A stretch of DNA of 64,000 nt from an uncultured delta proteobacterium (GTDB taxonomy: Bacteria; Myxococcota_A; Polyangia; Polyangiales; Polyangiaceae): NCBI GenBank assembly GCA_963716725.1, contig CAVQUB010000021.1, positions 320,001 through 384,000 of the forward strand, written 5' to 3'. Below the pieces are notes generated by a model that saw only the letters and a list, made by a program, of their open reading frames with translations, was not told where the DNA came from and did no database searches. The position numbers and the translations under genes are program-made. Positions within the stretch are counted from its first letter, which is position 1. Every line of letters begins with the position of its first letter. Of this stretch, positions 9,783-18,587 are shown one piece after another.

Positions 9783-10337
9783 TCACCAGCCGTAACGGTA
9801 CTCCGCCCGGAGGAGGGCGGTGAAATAGGGCGCGTCGCCGACTCCGCCGAGCGGGTCGCTTTGGAAGCCGTGGTAGGCGATCTGCGCACCGAGGCCGAAT
9901 CTGCGCGACAGCGTGTAGTCGAGTCCGAGGGGGATCGAGACCCCGAGCTCGCGCTGTTTCAGGTGGCTGGGCCATGGCCCTGACGTGAACGCGTAGTAGC
10001 CGCCGAGGATTCCGAAGTAGGGAACCCACTCCAAGACATCGAGCTTGTACACGACGCCCGCCGATGCCGAGTACAAGCGGGTCGACGTCTCGGCGGCCAA
10101 GGTGTGTTCGGCGGCGCCGAGTTCGAGTCGGAAGTCGAACATGTCGGAGACGTCGTACGCGACGTGCAGGCCCAGCATGGGGCCAGTGCCATGCTCCGTT
10201 CCCACGAACTTCGCGGCGCCGATGCCTCCGCCAAAGTGCCACTGCTCCTCGTAGGCCGCAGCCGTACCGGGTACCGTAGCCGCGACGAGCACAAGGCTCA
10301 GGGCGAAGCGCGGGGGCCGACACATGCGTGCACTCAT
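9783..10337 (-). CDS. outer-membrane beta-barrel protein (OmpA/OmpW-like)
   Basis: Signal peptide (AAA|YEEQW), alternating beta strands, terminal aromatic residues (YRYGW); start 10337 or 10325. Confidence 0.78.
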   Translation of the reverse strand: MSARMCRPPRFALSLVLVAATVPGTAAAYEEQWHFGGGIGAAKFVGTEHGTGPMLGLHVAYDVSDMFDFRLELGAAEHTLAAETSTRLYSASAGVVYKLDVLEWVPYFGILGGYYAFTSGPWPSHLKQRELGVSIPLGLDYTLSRRFGLGAQIAYHGFQSDPLGGVGDAPYFTALLRAEYRYGW

Positions 10338-10431
10338 AGAGCATTTCCGGGCTCGTCGTCTCGGCTTTCTCCCCCCCCTGGGGACGTCCAAGGGTCGCCC
10401 CCAGGCGGTCCCCCACTCGGCTCCGCGCACC

Positions 10432-12654
10432 TCACAGCATGTTGACCGGATCGATGTCGATCACGACCCGCACCGCGCGATCGACCGCGGTCCGGGCCAC
10501 GGCCAGCAGCACTGGCCGCATCAGGGCGCGATCCGCGCTCCGCACCATGAAGCGAAAGCGGTACCGGTTACGTAGCCGAGGCAGCGGGGCCGGCGCGGGT
10601 CCCAGCACGTCCACGCGAGGACCGGCGCTCTTCCGCGCGATCTGGGCGAGTCGCTCGGCGGCGTCTCTCGCGCGCGCTTCATCCGCCGAATCCACCCGCA
10701 CCAGCGCCATGCGCCGATACGGCGGGTAGCCGAGCTCGCGGCGATCCTCGAGCTCGCGCACCACGAAGCGCTCGACGTCGTGGTGCGCGGCCAGGGCCAC
10801 GGCGGGATGCTCCGGCTGCCAGGTCTGGATCAACACCTTGCCCGGAACATCCCCGCGCCCGGCCCGCCCCGCCACCTGGACCAGCAGGTGAAATGCCCGC
10901 TCGGCCGCCCGGAAGTCCGGCATCGCCAGCGCGGCGTCGGCGTTGAGCACTCCCACCAAGGTCACGTCTGGGAGGTCGTGTCCCTTGGTCACCATCTGCG
11001 TGCCGACCAGGATGTCTATCTCGCGCCGGCGCATGCGATCGAGGACCTTCTCGCTCTTTGCTCCCGCTGCCACGTCGCGGTCGAGCCGAGCGATGCGCCC
11101 GGCGGGAAAAGCTTCGGACAGCGCCTGCTCGATGCGCTCGGTGCCGGCGCCTTCTTCACTGAGTCGGCCACTGCCGCAGCCGGGACACCGCTCCATCAAC
11201 GGCACGGCGTGGTCGCAGTAGTGGCATGAGAGCCGCGCCCGACCATGTCGATGCAGAGTGAGCGCGACCGCGCAGCTTGGGCACTCGACAACCTTGCCGC
11301 AAGCCTCACACAGGAGGCTCGGCGCAAAGCCTCGCCGATTGAGGAACAGGATGATTTGGCCGCGCGCTTCCAGAGTCTGCTCGATGGCGCGGTGCAGCGG
11401 GAGGCTGAGCAGGCGGTGTCCCGTGGGGCCGGCACCGACACGTCTCAGGTCGATGAGCTCGACCCGCGGCAACACGGCGCTGGCGCGAGCGCGCTCAGGC
11501 AAGGTGAGGCGATCGATCCGCTGCTCGCGCACGGCAAGTTCGCTCGCAAGGGACGGCGTAGCCGACCCGAGGACCGTCACTGCGCCGGCGCGGTGGGCGC
11601 GCAACAGCGCCATGTCGCGAGCGTTGTACCGCACGCCCTCTTCTTGCTTGAACGACCCATCGTGCTCCTCGTCAACGCAGATCAAGCGGAGCCGCTCGAC
11701 GGGGGCGAAGAGCGCGGAGCGGGCTCCGACGGCGACCTTCACCTGACCCGAGCGTAGGGACTTCCACATTGCGTGGCGATCGGCGTCGCCGAGCCCGCTG
11801 TGCATCACGGCGATGCGCTCACCGAGCCGGGCCCGGAAACGGCCGACGAGTTGGGGCGTCAGCGCGATCTCCGGCACCAAGACGATTGCGCTGCCGCCGC
11901 CCTCGATGGCGCGCTGCACGGTGCGCAGGTAGACCTCGGTCTTCCCGGACCCAGTGACCCCATGGAGCAAGAACGCGCCGCGCTCGCCGCGGTCGAGCCG
12001 ATCCACGATGGCACGAACAGCTCGCTCTTGGGCCGCGGTCGGAGACGGCGGCGTGTCGGGGGTGACGGCGACGGCAAAGAAGGGATCGCGAACGCGCGCC
12101 ACCTCGTCGATCACCGCGAGCTCGGCCTCGACCAATCGTTTGACCGCGGCGCGGGCGTTGCCCCAACTCTTGGAGAGTTCGGCCACCGGCGTCGGACCGT
12201 TGGCCACGAGGTGTTCGTGAATCGCTCGTGCCTGCCCGCGCAGCTCCGTCGGCACGACCACCGCCAACGCCCGCGCCACCCGCTCCGTGCTCCCGACGGC
12301 CTGGAGCTTCGCCTGACCGGCCAGCGCCCGTGCGGCGGTGCGCTCGATGGCGGGCAGCGCGAGTCGCATCACGTCGCCAATGGGCGCGAGGTAGTAGCGA
12401 GCGAGCTCGAGCAAGAAGTCGAGCAGCTCCTCGGGCAGCACCGGCTCCGCATCGACCACCGCGACGATGGGCTTGAGCTTGTCCAGCGGAATGTCGGGCT
12501 CACGATCTGCGACATCGAGAACGACACCGATCACTCGGCGCCGCCCGAACTCGCAGAGCACGCGGGCCCCTCGGCGAAGGTCCATCCCAGCGGGCACCGA
12601 ATAGGTGAAGGCCTGCCCGAGCGGCACCGGCACGGAGAGTCGCGCGAGGAGCAC
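10432..12654 (-). CDS. priA: primosomal protein N' (PriA helicase)
   Basis: GVTGSGKTEVY Walker A, VPEIALTPQ, DEEHD, LNRRGF, two Cys4 zinc knuckles, GTQMVTKGHD, QVAGRAGR, DIDP. Confidence 0.97.
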   Translation of the reverse strand: MLLARLSVPVPLGQAFTYSVPAGMDLRRGARVLCEFGRRRVIGVVLDVADREPDIPLDKLKPIVAVVDAEPVLPEELLDFLLELARYYLAPIGDVMRLALPAIERTAARALAGQAKLQAVGSTERVARALAVVVPTELRGQARAIHEHLVANGPTPVAELSKSWGNARAAVKRLVEAELAVIDEVARVRDPFFAVAVTPDTPPSPTAAQERAVRAIVDRLDRGERGAFLLHGVTGSGKTEVYLRTVQRAIEGGGSAIVLVPEIALTPQLVGRFRARLGERIAVMHSGLGDADRHAMWKSLRSGQVKVAVGARSALFAPVERLRLICVDEEHDGSFKQEEGVRYNARDMALLRAHRAGAVTVLGSATPSLASELAVREQRIDRLTLPERARASAVLPRVELIDLRRVGAGPTGHRLLSLPLHRAIEQTLEARGQIILFLNRRGFAPSLLCEACGKVVECPSCAVALTLHRHGRARLSCHYCDHAVPLMERCPGCGSGRLSEEGAGTERIEQALSEAFPAGRIARLDRDVAAGAKSEKVLDRMRRREIDILVGTQMVTKGHDLPDVTLVGVLNADAALAMPDFRAAERAFHLLVQVAGRAGRGDVPGKVLIQTWQPEHPAVALAAHHDVERFVVRELEDRRELGYPPYRRMALVRVDSADEARARDAAERLAQIARKSAGPRVDVLGPAPAPLPRLRNRYRFRFMVRSADRALMRPVLLAVARTAVDRAVRVVIDIDPVNML

Positions 12655-12663
12655 CGCTAGGCT

Positions 12664-13959
12664 CTAGCGCATCACAGCCGCGATCACGATCACGGCGATC
12701 ACCACCCCGATCATCATCCACAAAACGAAGCTCGGCGTCCGCTTCTCCTCGTCGGCGACGGAGTCGGGCCGACGCGAATGCGCGATTCCGACTAGAGACG
12801 GCGCCGAAGGCTCTGCGATGGGCGACTCCTCCACCGCGAGCGAACCGGGTTCGGTCACGGTGACCGGGTCCGGGTGCTGGGGCGCAGCGACACCTGCGAG
12901 CGAGTCTAGCTCCGGGTTCGTTGTCCCCTCCGCGTGTCGCTTGGCCGCGCGTTCGCGGCTGCGACGGCGCTCGACGATCTCGGCGCCGAAGGTCTGCATC
13001 AACCACTCTCCGACCCGCAGCGGACTCGCGAGCAGGGCCGATTCGCCGGCGTAGTCCTCGAGCTCTCTGGACAGCTCACGCGCGCTCGGCCAGCGTTCAT
13101 CCGGGTTTCGAGCGAGGGCCCGGGACACGATGCCGTACAGTCGGGCTTCGTTAGGCAGACCGCGCGCAGGAAGTGTGGGGATCTCGGCCCTGCGCGCCTG
13201 CTCGAGAGAGGGCGGCCGTCCTCCGTCGCCACGGTAGAGCCGGCGCCCCGCCAGCAACTCCCACAGGATGACGCCCGCCGCGAAGACGTCGGAGCGTGCG
13301 TCCAGGTTTCCGCCCGCAGCGGCTTCGGGGCTCATGTACCCGGCCTTTCCCTGAATCGCCTCGGAGGGCAGCTCGGCGCCGACACCCATCGCGCGGGCGA
13401 TGCCAAAGTCGCAGAGCTTGACCTCGCCGTCGAAGCTCACGAGCACGTTGGACGGCGAGACGTCGCGATGCACGATGTTGAGCGGTCGGCCGTCGGCGTC
13501 TTTCTTGCGGTGGGCGAAGTCCAGTGCACGCAGGGTTTCGATGATGATCAGCAGCGAAAACTCCACGGGCAGCGGCGTCTTGGTGCGCGAGCAGCGTTTG
13601 AGCAGATCCGACAGGTCGAACCCCTCGACGTACTCCATCGCGATGTACAAGACATCGCCCTCGCGCCCGAGATCGAGCACCTGCACGACGTTGCCGTGAG
13701 CCAAGCCCGCCGCGAGCTTGGCCTCTTCAATCAGGAGATTCGAGAACTCCTGACTACTGGCCAAGATGGGCAAGATCTGTTTGACCACGACCAGCCGCTC
13801 GCCGCCGAGCGCCGTGCTCTGCCGGCCCAGGTAGATTCGGGCCATGCCGCCTTCGCCGATTTGGTCGAAGAGCACATAGCGCCCGAAACGTCGAGGCAGG
13901 GGCTCGCTGGGCGGGGGCGGCTCGGACACGTCGGCCGGATCGTACCCAGGCGCCCTCAC
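12664..13959 (-). CDS. membrane-anchored Hanks-type Ser/Thr protein kinase
   Basis: GEGGMA, VVK, HRDVSPSN, DFG, YMSPE, DVFAAG; C-terminal TM helix. Confidence 0.93.
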   Translation of the reverse strand: MRAPGYDPADVSEPPPPSEPLPRRFGRYVLFDQIGEGGMARIYLGRQSTALGGERLVVVKQILPILASSQEFSNLLIEEAKLAAGLAHGNVVQVLDLGREGDVLYIAMEYVEGFDLSDLLKRCSRTKTPLPVEFSLLIIIETLRALDFAHRKKDADGRPLNIVHRDVSPSNVLVSFDGEVKLCDFGIARAMGVGAELPSEAIQGKAGYMSPEAAAGGNLDARSDVFAAGVILWELLAGRRLYRGDGGRPPSLEQARRAEIPTLPARGLPNEARLYGIVSRALARNPDERWPSARELSRELEDYAGESALLASPLRVGEWLMQTFGAEIVERRRSRERAAKRHAEGTTNPELDSLAGVAAPQHPDPVTVTEPGSLAVEESPIAEPSAPSLVGIAHSRRPDSVADEEKRTPSFVLWMMIGVVIAVIVIAAVMR

Positions 13960-14094
13960 GAAGCGCCAGCAATTGTCGGAGCGAGGTGCAAAGCCCCGGC
14001 CTGGGCGCCCGGCGCGGCGGGGGTACCGGTGCGCGGGCGCTGTGTTACGCGTTGTCTCCCCGCGCCGCGATGGCTCGGGTCAGGAGGAGGAAGC

Positions 14095-14841
14095 ATGTCG
14101 CATCACAACATCGGTCGCGTCGTTTGGCGCGAGATCATGACGGACGACACCGATCGGGCCAAGGGCTTCTACGGCGAGCTCTTCGGCTGGAAATTCGAAG
14201 ACATGCCCATGGGGGACATGACCTACACGATCGTCAAGCTCGGCGATCGCGGGCTCGCTGGCCTGATGAAGAAGCCCATGCCCGAGGCCCCCGCGGCCTG
14301 GCTCAGCTACGTGTCGGTGAAAGACGCTGATCTCGTGGCAAAGACCGCCGCCGCCGAGGGCGGAACGGTGGTAGTGCCACCGACCGACATCCCCGAAGTC
14401 GGCCGCTTCACGGTGTTCGTGGACTTTGCTGGCGCTGCCGTCGCGGCCTTGAAGGGTGAGAGCCAAGGACCGCCGATGCCGGAGCGCCCCGGCGTTCACG
14501 ATTTTCGCTGGGAGGCGCTCTCGACCACCGACGTCGAGCGGGCCACGGCGTTCTACGCCAAGGTGTTCGGCTGGCAGAAGAAGGAGGCCCCGGCCCCCGG
14601 CATGACCGTGCTCGGAACCGAGGCGAACATGGTCTGCGACGTACAGAAGGCGCAGGGCATCCCGCCGAACTGGTCGACCTTCGTGGTGGTCGAGAAGATC
14701 GAAGCCGCGAACGAGCGGGCGACCAAGCTGGGCGGCAAGGTCCTCATGCCGCGCATCGAGGTACCGAACGTCGGGATCATCGCGATGATCCAGGATCCGA
14801 CCGGCGCCGTGCTCGGACTGTTTCAGCCCAACATGACCTGA
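14095..14841 (+). CDS. VOC/glyoxalase family protein (two domains)
   Basis: AGGAGGAGG RBS before ATG 14095; duplicated W-E..T-D...A..FY...FGW motif; DPTGAVLGL. Confidence 0.88.
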   Translation: MSHHNIGRVVWREIMTDDTDRAKGFYGELFGWKFEDMPMGDMTYTIVKLGDRGLAGLMKKPMPEAPAAWLSYVSVKDADLVAKTAAAEGGTVVVPPTDIPEVGRFTVFVDFAGAAVAALKGESQGPPMPERPGVHDFRWEALSTTDVERATAFYAKVFGWQKKEAPAPGMTVLGTEANMVCDVQKAQGIPPNWSTFVVVEKIEAANERATKLGGKVLMPRIEVPNVGIIAMIQDPTGAVLGLFQPNMT

Positions 14842-14986
14842 TCGCCGGCGGCACGACAAACAACACCGGCGCCGGGGAACACCTGGCGCCGTTTGGCCTA
14901 GTATCCGCTGGCTCCGGCGCGGTGTCCGGAAGCGCCGCGCACCCGGCGGCCGCGGCGCAACGTGGCGAGACGGACGCCCACCTACC

Positions 14987-16231
14987 TCACTGGCAAGCGA
15001 GGTTCTTGGTGCCCTTCGTCGGGTTGCAGGAGAAGTCTTCGCAGTCCGCGTGCCCGTTGGTGTCGTTGTCCTTGCCGTCGCTGCACTCCGCGTAGCTGTT
15101 CTCGGTTGGGCAGACCGTGACGAAGGCGTTTTCCGAGCACGAGAAGTCATCGCAGTCGGTCTTGCCGTTGCCGTCGTTGTCCTTGCCATCCTTGCAAGTC
15201 ACGTCGTTGGCTTCGGAGTTGCACACCGTCACGACGGGGTTCCTGGAGCAGCTGAAATCAGCGCAGTCGATCTTACCGTCGGTGTCGTTGTCCTTGCCGT
15301 CCTTGCACTCGGCATCGGCGAGGCCCGGCCACGCCGACTCGGCTGGCAGGGGGCTCACGGGCTGACCGGGCTTGGTCCTGTCGCACACGATGATGCCTTC
15401 CGCCTGGCACCCACCATCGGCGCAATCGGTCTTTCCGTCTTTGTCGTTGTCGAGCCCATCTGAACAGGTCTTGTTGTCGCCTTCGACTGGCTGATCCTTG
15501 CAATCGAGGGCCTCGACGCTGTCCGTGCAGCCAAAGTCAGCGCAATCGGTGTGAGTGTTGTTGTCGTTGTCCTTGCCGTCGCTGCACGCCGTCTTGACCA
15601 GCGCGGGCCAGTTGGCCTTGGGCGGCAGCGGGCTGACGGCCGTCGCCCCGTTGCAGACGACGATGGATTCATTCTGACAATCGGTGTCGGCGCAATCCGT
15701 CTTGCCGTCCGCGTCGTTGTCCTTGCCGTCGCTGCAGGCCGCGTTGGTCTTCTCGCCCTTGCACACCAGGCGGTCCTTGCAGTCGAAGTCGTCGCAGTCG
15801 ATCTTGTTGTCGCCGTCGTCGTCCGTGCCGTTCATGCAGAGGGAGTTCGAGTTCTCCGCCGGCCCGGCGGGGCAGACCGTGGGTTTGCCTTCGCAGTCGA
15901 AGTCGTCGCAGTCGGTGAAGCCATCGTTGTCGTTGTCGCAGCCGTCGGCACAGGCCGCGTCGGTGTCCTCTTTGGCCATGGTCGGGCAGTTGCCGCCACC
16001 GCCGCCAGTGTTGGTGCCACCGGTGTTGGTGCCACCGGTGTTGGTGCCACCGGTGTTGGTGCCGCCGGTGTTGACGCCGCCGCCGCCGGCCGCGCCCCCG
16101 ACGCCGCCGCCGACACCCGCGCCGCCGCCGACACCCGCGCCGCCGCCGTCGGTGCCCTCCGCGCGACACGCGCCCATCGCCGCGAGCCCGAACATACCGA
16201 TACCCATCAGCGCAACTGACAACGGCTTCAT
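14987..16231 (-). CDS. Cys/Asp-rich repeat lipoprotein (8 x CxDGxDNDxDGxxDCxDxxC)
   Basis: Lipobox MGAC, Gly-rich linker, eight counted repeats; GGAG RBS. Confidence 0.85.
   Translation of the reverse strand: MKPLSVALMGIGMFGLAAMGACRAEGTDGGGAGVGGGAGVGGGVGGAAGGGGVNTGGTNTGGTNTGGTNTGGTNTGGGGGNCPTMAKEDTDAACADGCDNDNDGFTDCDDFDCEGKPTVCPAGPAENSNSLCMNGTDDDGDNKIDCDDFDCKDRLVCKGEKTNAACSDGKDNDADGKTDCADTDCQNESIVVCNGATAVSPLPPKANWPALVKTACSDGKDNDNNTHTDCADFGCTDSVEALDCKDQPVEGDNKTCSDGLDNDKDGKTDCADGGCQAEGIIVCDRTKPGQPVSPLPAESAWPGLADAECKDGKDNDTDGKIDCADFSCSRNPVVTVCNSEANDVTCKDGKDNDGNGKTDCDDFSCSENAFVTVCPTENSYAECSDGKDNDTNGHADCEDFSCNPTKGTKNLACQ
16008..16072. repeat. 15-bp tandem repeat encoding (GGTNT)n linker
   Basis: gtgttggtgccaccg repeated about four times within the Cys-rich gene. 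Confidence 0.85.
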
Positions 16232-16381
16232 GTGTCGCTCCTGGAAAGCAAGTCGCGATCGGCGGACTGCCGATCGGAGGTGGCGCGAGAGAGCGCGTCA
16301 CCGAGGGCCTATCCTGCGATGCTTTCCCAGACTTGGCCAGACGTTCTCGCCGCGGCCCTGGATCGTGCGGGCTCCCGAGGC

Positions 16382-17164
16382 TCAGCGCACGTGCGTCGCC
16401 GGCCCTCGCGGCCGAAGCTCCGGCGTTCGGGCCAAGAGGTACTCGGTCCCGAGCGTGCCGTCCGCGAACAGGTTGACGCTGCGCGAGGTGGCGTCAGCGA
16501 AATCCCAACGGGTGACTTCCATCCCGCCGAGGTCGAACACGGGGTTGTTCCGGTGCCAGCGCACAGGACTGTGCCCCTTCAGGATGGGCCAACGCTTCGA
16601 GTCGCCGAACAGTCGCCGCACGACGAGGCGCCGCACTCCGAGCTCTCGGCACTCGGCGACAAACGCCTCGATGTCGCTGGCGTTGTGCTCGTTCACCACC
16701 GCTGACACCTTCACGGGGACGGTCGTCTTCGCCAGGATGGCGGCGAGGTCGGGCACTTTCCGCGAGCCCATCATGGCCTCGTAGATGTCGGAGCGAAGGG
16801 ACGGTATCGAGAGGCAGGCGCGGTCGTAGCGGTTGAATACGTCCAGTCGATCGAGCGTGCGCGCGCCATTGGTGTGTACCGAGAGCCGAGCGCGTGGGTG
16901 CAGGCGCCCTCGGAGCAACTCGAGGAGCTCTCCCTCGAAGCGGTAGAGCTGCGGATCACTCGTTGTCCCCGTGAAGACGACCTCCGGGATCGCGTGCTGG
17001 TTGACGACGCTGATCAACGCCTCGATGCCCAGCGGTGGAAATTGCTCCAGGTTCGATCGATTGACCCGCGCGGGCAGCTCCTTGCCGATGCAGAAGGGAC
17101 AAGCGCGGTTGCAGGGGCCCGCGAAGAGCAGGTTGGCGAAGTCAAACACCGTCAATGCCTCCAC
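16382..17164 (-). CDS. radical SAM protein (small, no auxiliary domain evident)
   Basis: CNRACPFC motif, VFTGTTSDP, SVHTNG. Confidence 0.88.
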   Translation of the reverse strand: MEALTVFDFANLLFAGPCNRACPFCIGKELPARVNRSNLEQFPPLGIEALISVVNQHAIPEVVFTGTTSDPQLYRFEGELLELLRGRLHPRARLSVHTNGARTLDRLDVFNRYDRACLSIPSLRSDIYEAMMGSRKVPDLAAILAKTTVPVKVSAVVNEHNASDIEAFVAECRELGVRRLVVRRLFGDSKRWPILKGHSPVRWHRNNPVFDLGGMEVTRWDFADATSRSVNLFADGTLGTEYLLARTPELRPRGPATHVR

Positions 17165-18587
17165 CGGCGACGCGGAGAGCGATCGGCCTTTCGCGGGAGA
17201 AATCCCCGGGGTCTCGACCGATCAGATGCGCTTGCACGCTGGGCGCGAAGAACAACGCGATCACGCCGCAGAGGTCGGCTGCGCCGGCCTCCGTCAGTCG
17301 CAGCGATCGCTCGCTGTACTGCATCAGGCCGCGCTTGGTGACGAAGTCGATCTCCCGCGGGAACGCTTGGGCGAGATCGACGCCGAACTTCCGAGTGAAT
17401 GCGCCGCAGTCGATTTCACCGAAGTAGAAGCTCACGGCGCACATCTTGGCCATCGCGTGCTCCAGCGGGAGGTCGTAGAGATCTTGCAGCGGCAGGCGCC
17501 CGGCGGCGACGCTCCTCGAGTACGGAGCCAGGTTCTTGCCCACCGCGCCGTCGTTGTACGACAGGGTCCGGTCCGAGCAGGTCTGCGCACCGAGGCCGAA
17601 GCCAAGGTAGGGCATGCCGTCGCGCACTCGACGGGTGAGGTAGCTGGAAGTGCCAGGGTCCCCCGGGATGCGGCTCAGCGTGGTCTTGCCCAGGGTCGCT
17701 TGGTAGCCCGCGCTCGTCAGCGTCGCTTTGGCGAGGGCCGCCAGCGCTGACACCTGGTCTCGCGTCACGCGCGACGCTTGGTGAGAGATGCGCGTGAGCT
17801 TGTAGCGCATCCGGTAGAGCGTGATGGCGTCGGGTCCGAGGGCGATGGCGTGTTCGAGTGTGGCGAGCCAACTGTCGAGGCTCTGATCTGCGAACCCGTA
17901 GATCAGATCGAGGTTGAAGCGCCCGAACCCCGCGGCATGAATATGCTCCGCGGCGCGCAGTTGCACCTCGGCGCCGTCGCGCTCGCGGCCGAGGGCGCCG
18001 AGCAGCGCGGTCTCGGCCACCTGGACTCCCATGCTGATGCGATCGACGCCGAGGCGCGGCAAACCTGCGATCTTCTCGGGCTCGCGCGCTGCAATGGCAG
18101 GCGTGGTCTCGATGCTCACGCTCGTGCCGGCGACAAGCCGAACCCTCGAGGTCACGGCCTCGACGATCCGCGCAATGTCGTCGAGCGGGAGCCAGGTGGG
18201 CGTCCCGCCGCCGATGTCGAAGCCGTGGGCCCGCCGCACGCCGAGACCGATGGCAGCGTCCCAGAGGCCGATCTCCGCCAGCAGCGCGTCCACGTACTCG
18301 GCTGCCCTCGCCGTCTCTTGGCGCCGGACCACCGTGTACTCGCAGAACGCACAGCGTGTGTCGCAGAACGGGACGTGCACGTACACGCAGAAATCCGCGG
18401 CGTCGGCGAAGGCTGTCTGGACCAGGCGGCGGTGGTCGCTTTCACGCGCGCGATAGGGCGCGACCGTGGTCTGGTGCGCGATGGGGTAGGCGGTGTTCGA
18501 GATGTGATGATTGGCGAGCCCCGCCGCGAACACGACTTCGGGGGAAAAGCGCTGCCGATCGTTGGGGGCCGCCGCGGCCCAGATCAC
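17142..18587 (-). CDS. HemN/coproporphyrinogen-III-oxidase-like radical SAM protein
   Basis: YVHVPFCDTRCAFC, IGGGTP, RISMGVQ, NLDLIYG, YLGFGLGA. Confidence 0.88.
   Translation of the reverse strand: MIWAAAAPNDRQRFSPEVVFAAGLANHHISNTAYPIAHQTTVAPYRARESDHRRLVQTAFADAADFCVYVHVPFCDTRCAFCEYTVVRRQETARAAEYVDALLAEIGLWDAAIGLGVRRAHGFDIGGGTPTWLPLDDIARIVEAVTSRVRLVAGTSVSIETTPAIAAREPEKIAGLPRLGVDRISMGVQVAETALLGALGRERDGAEVQLRAAEHIHAAGFGRFNLDLIYGFADQSLDSWLATLEHAIALGPDAITLYRMRYKLTRISHQASRVTRDQVSALAALAKATLTSAGYQATLGKTTLSRIPGDPGTSSYLTRRVRDGMPYLGFGLGAQTCSDRTLSYNDGAVGKNLAPYSRSVAAGRLPLQDLYDLPLEHAMAKMCAVSFYFGEIDCGAFTRKFGVDLAQAFPREIDFVTKRGLMQYSERSLRLTEAGAADLCGVIALFFAPSVQAHLIGRDPGDFSRERPIALRVAGGGIDGV

Noticed and set aside
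12934..14094. Apparent 635-aa fusion ending in a VOC domain
   Set aside because: The upstream part is antisense to the kinase; a strong RBS marks ATG 14095.
14987..16100. Regularly spaced repeats resembling a CRISPR array
   Set aside because: The repeats are degenerate, in frame and protein-coding; there are no identical repeats with unique spacers and no cas genes.
17142..18587. Assignment as bona fide hemN or as part of an STM4011-4015-type cluster
   Set aside because: The N-terminus lacks the HemN PRYTSYP motif, and the other cluster members are not present.
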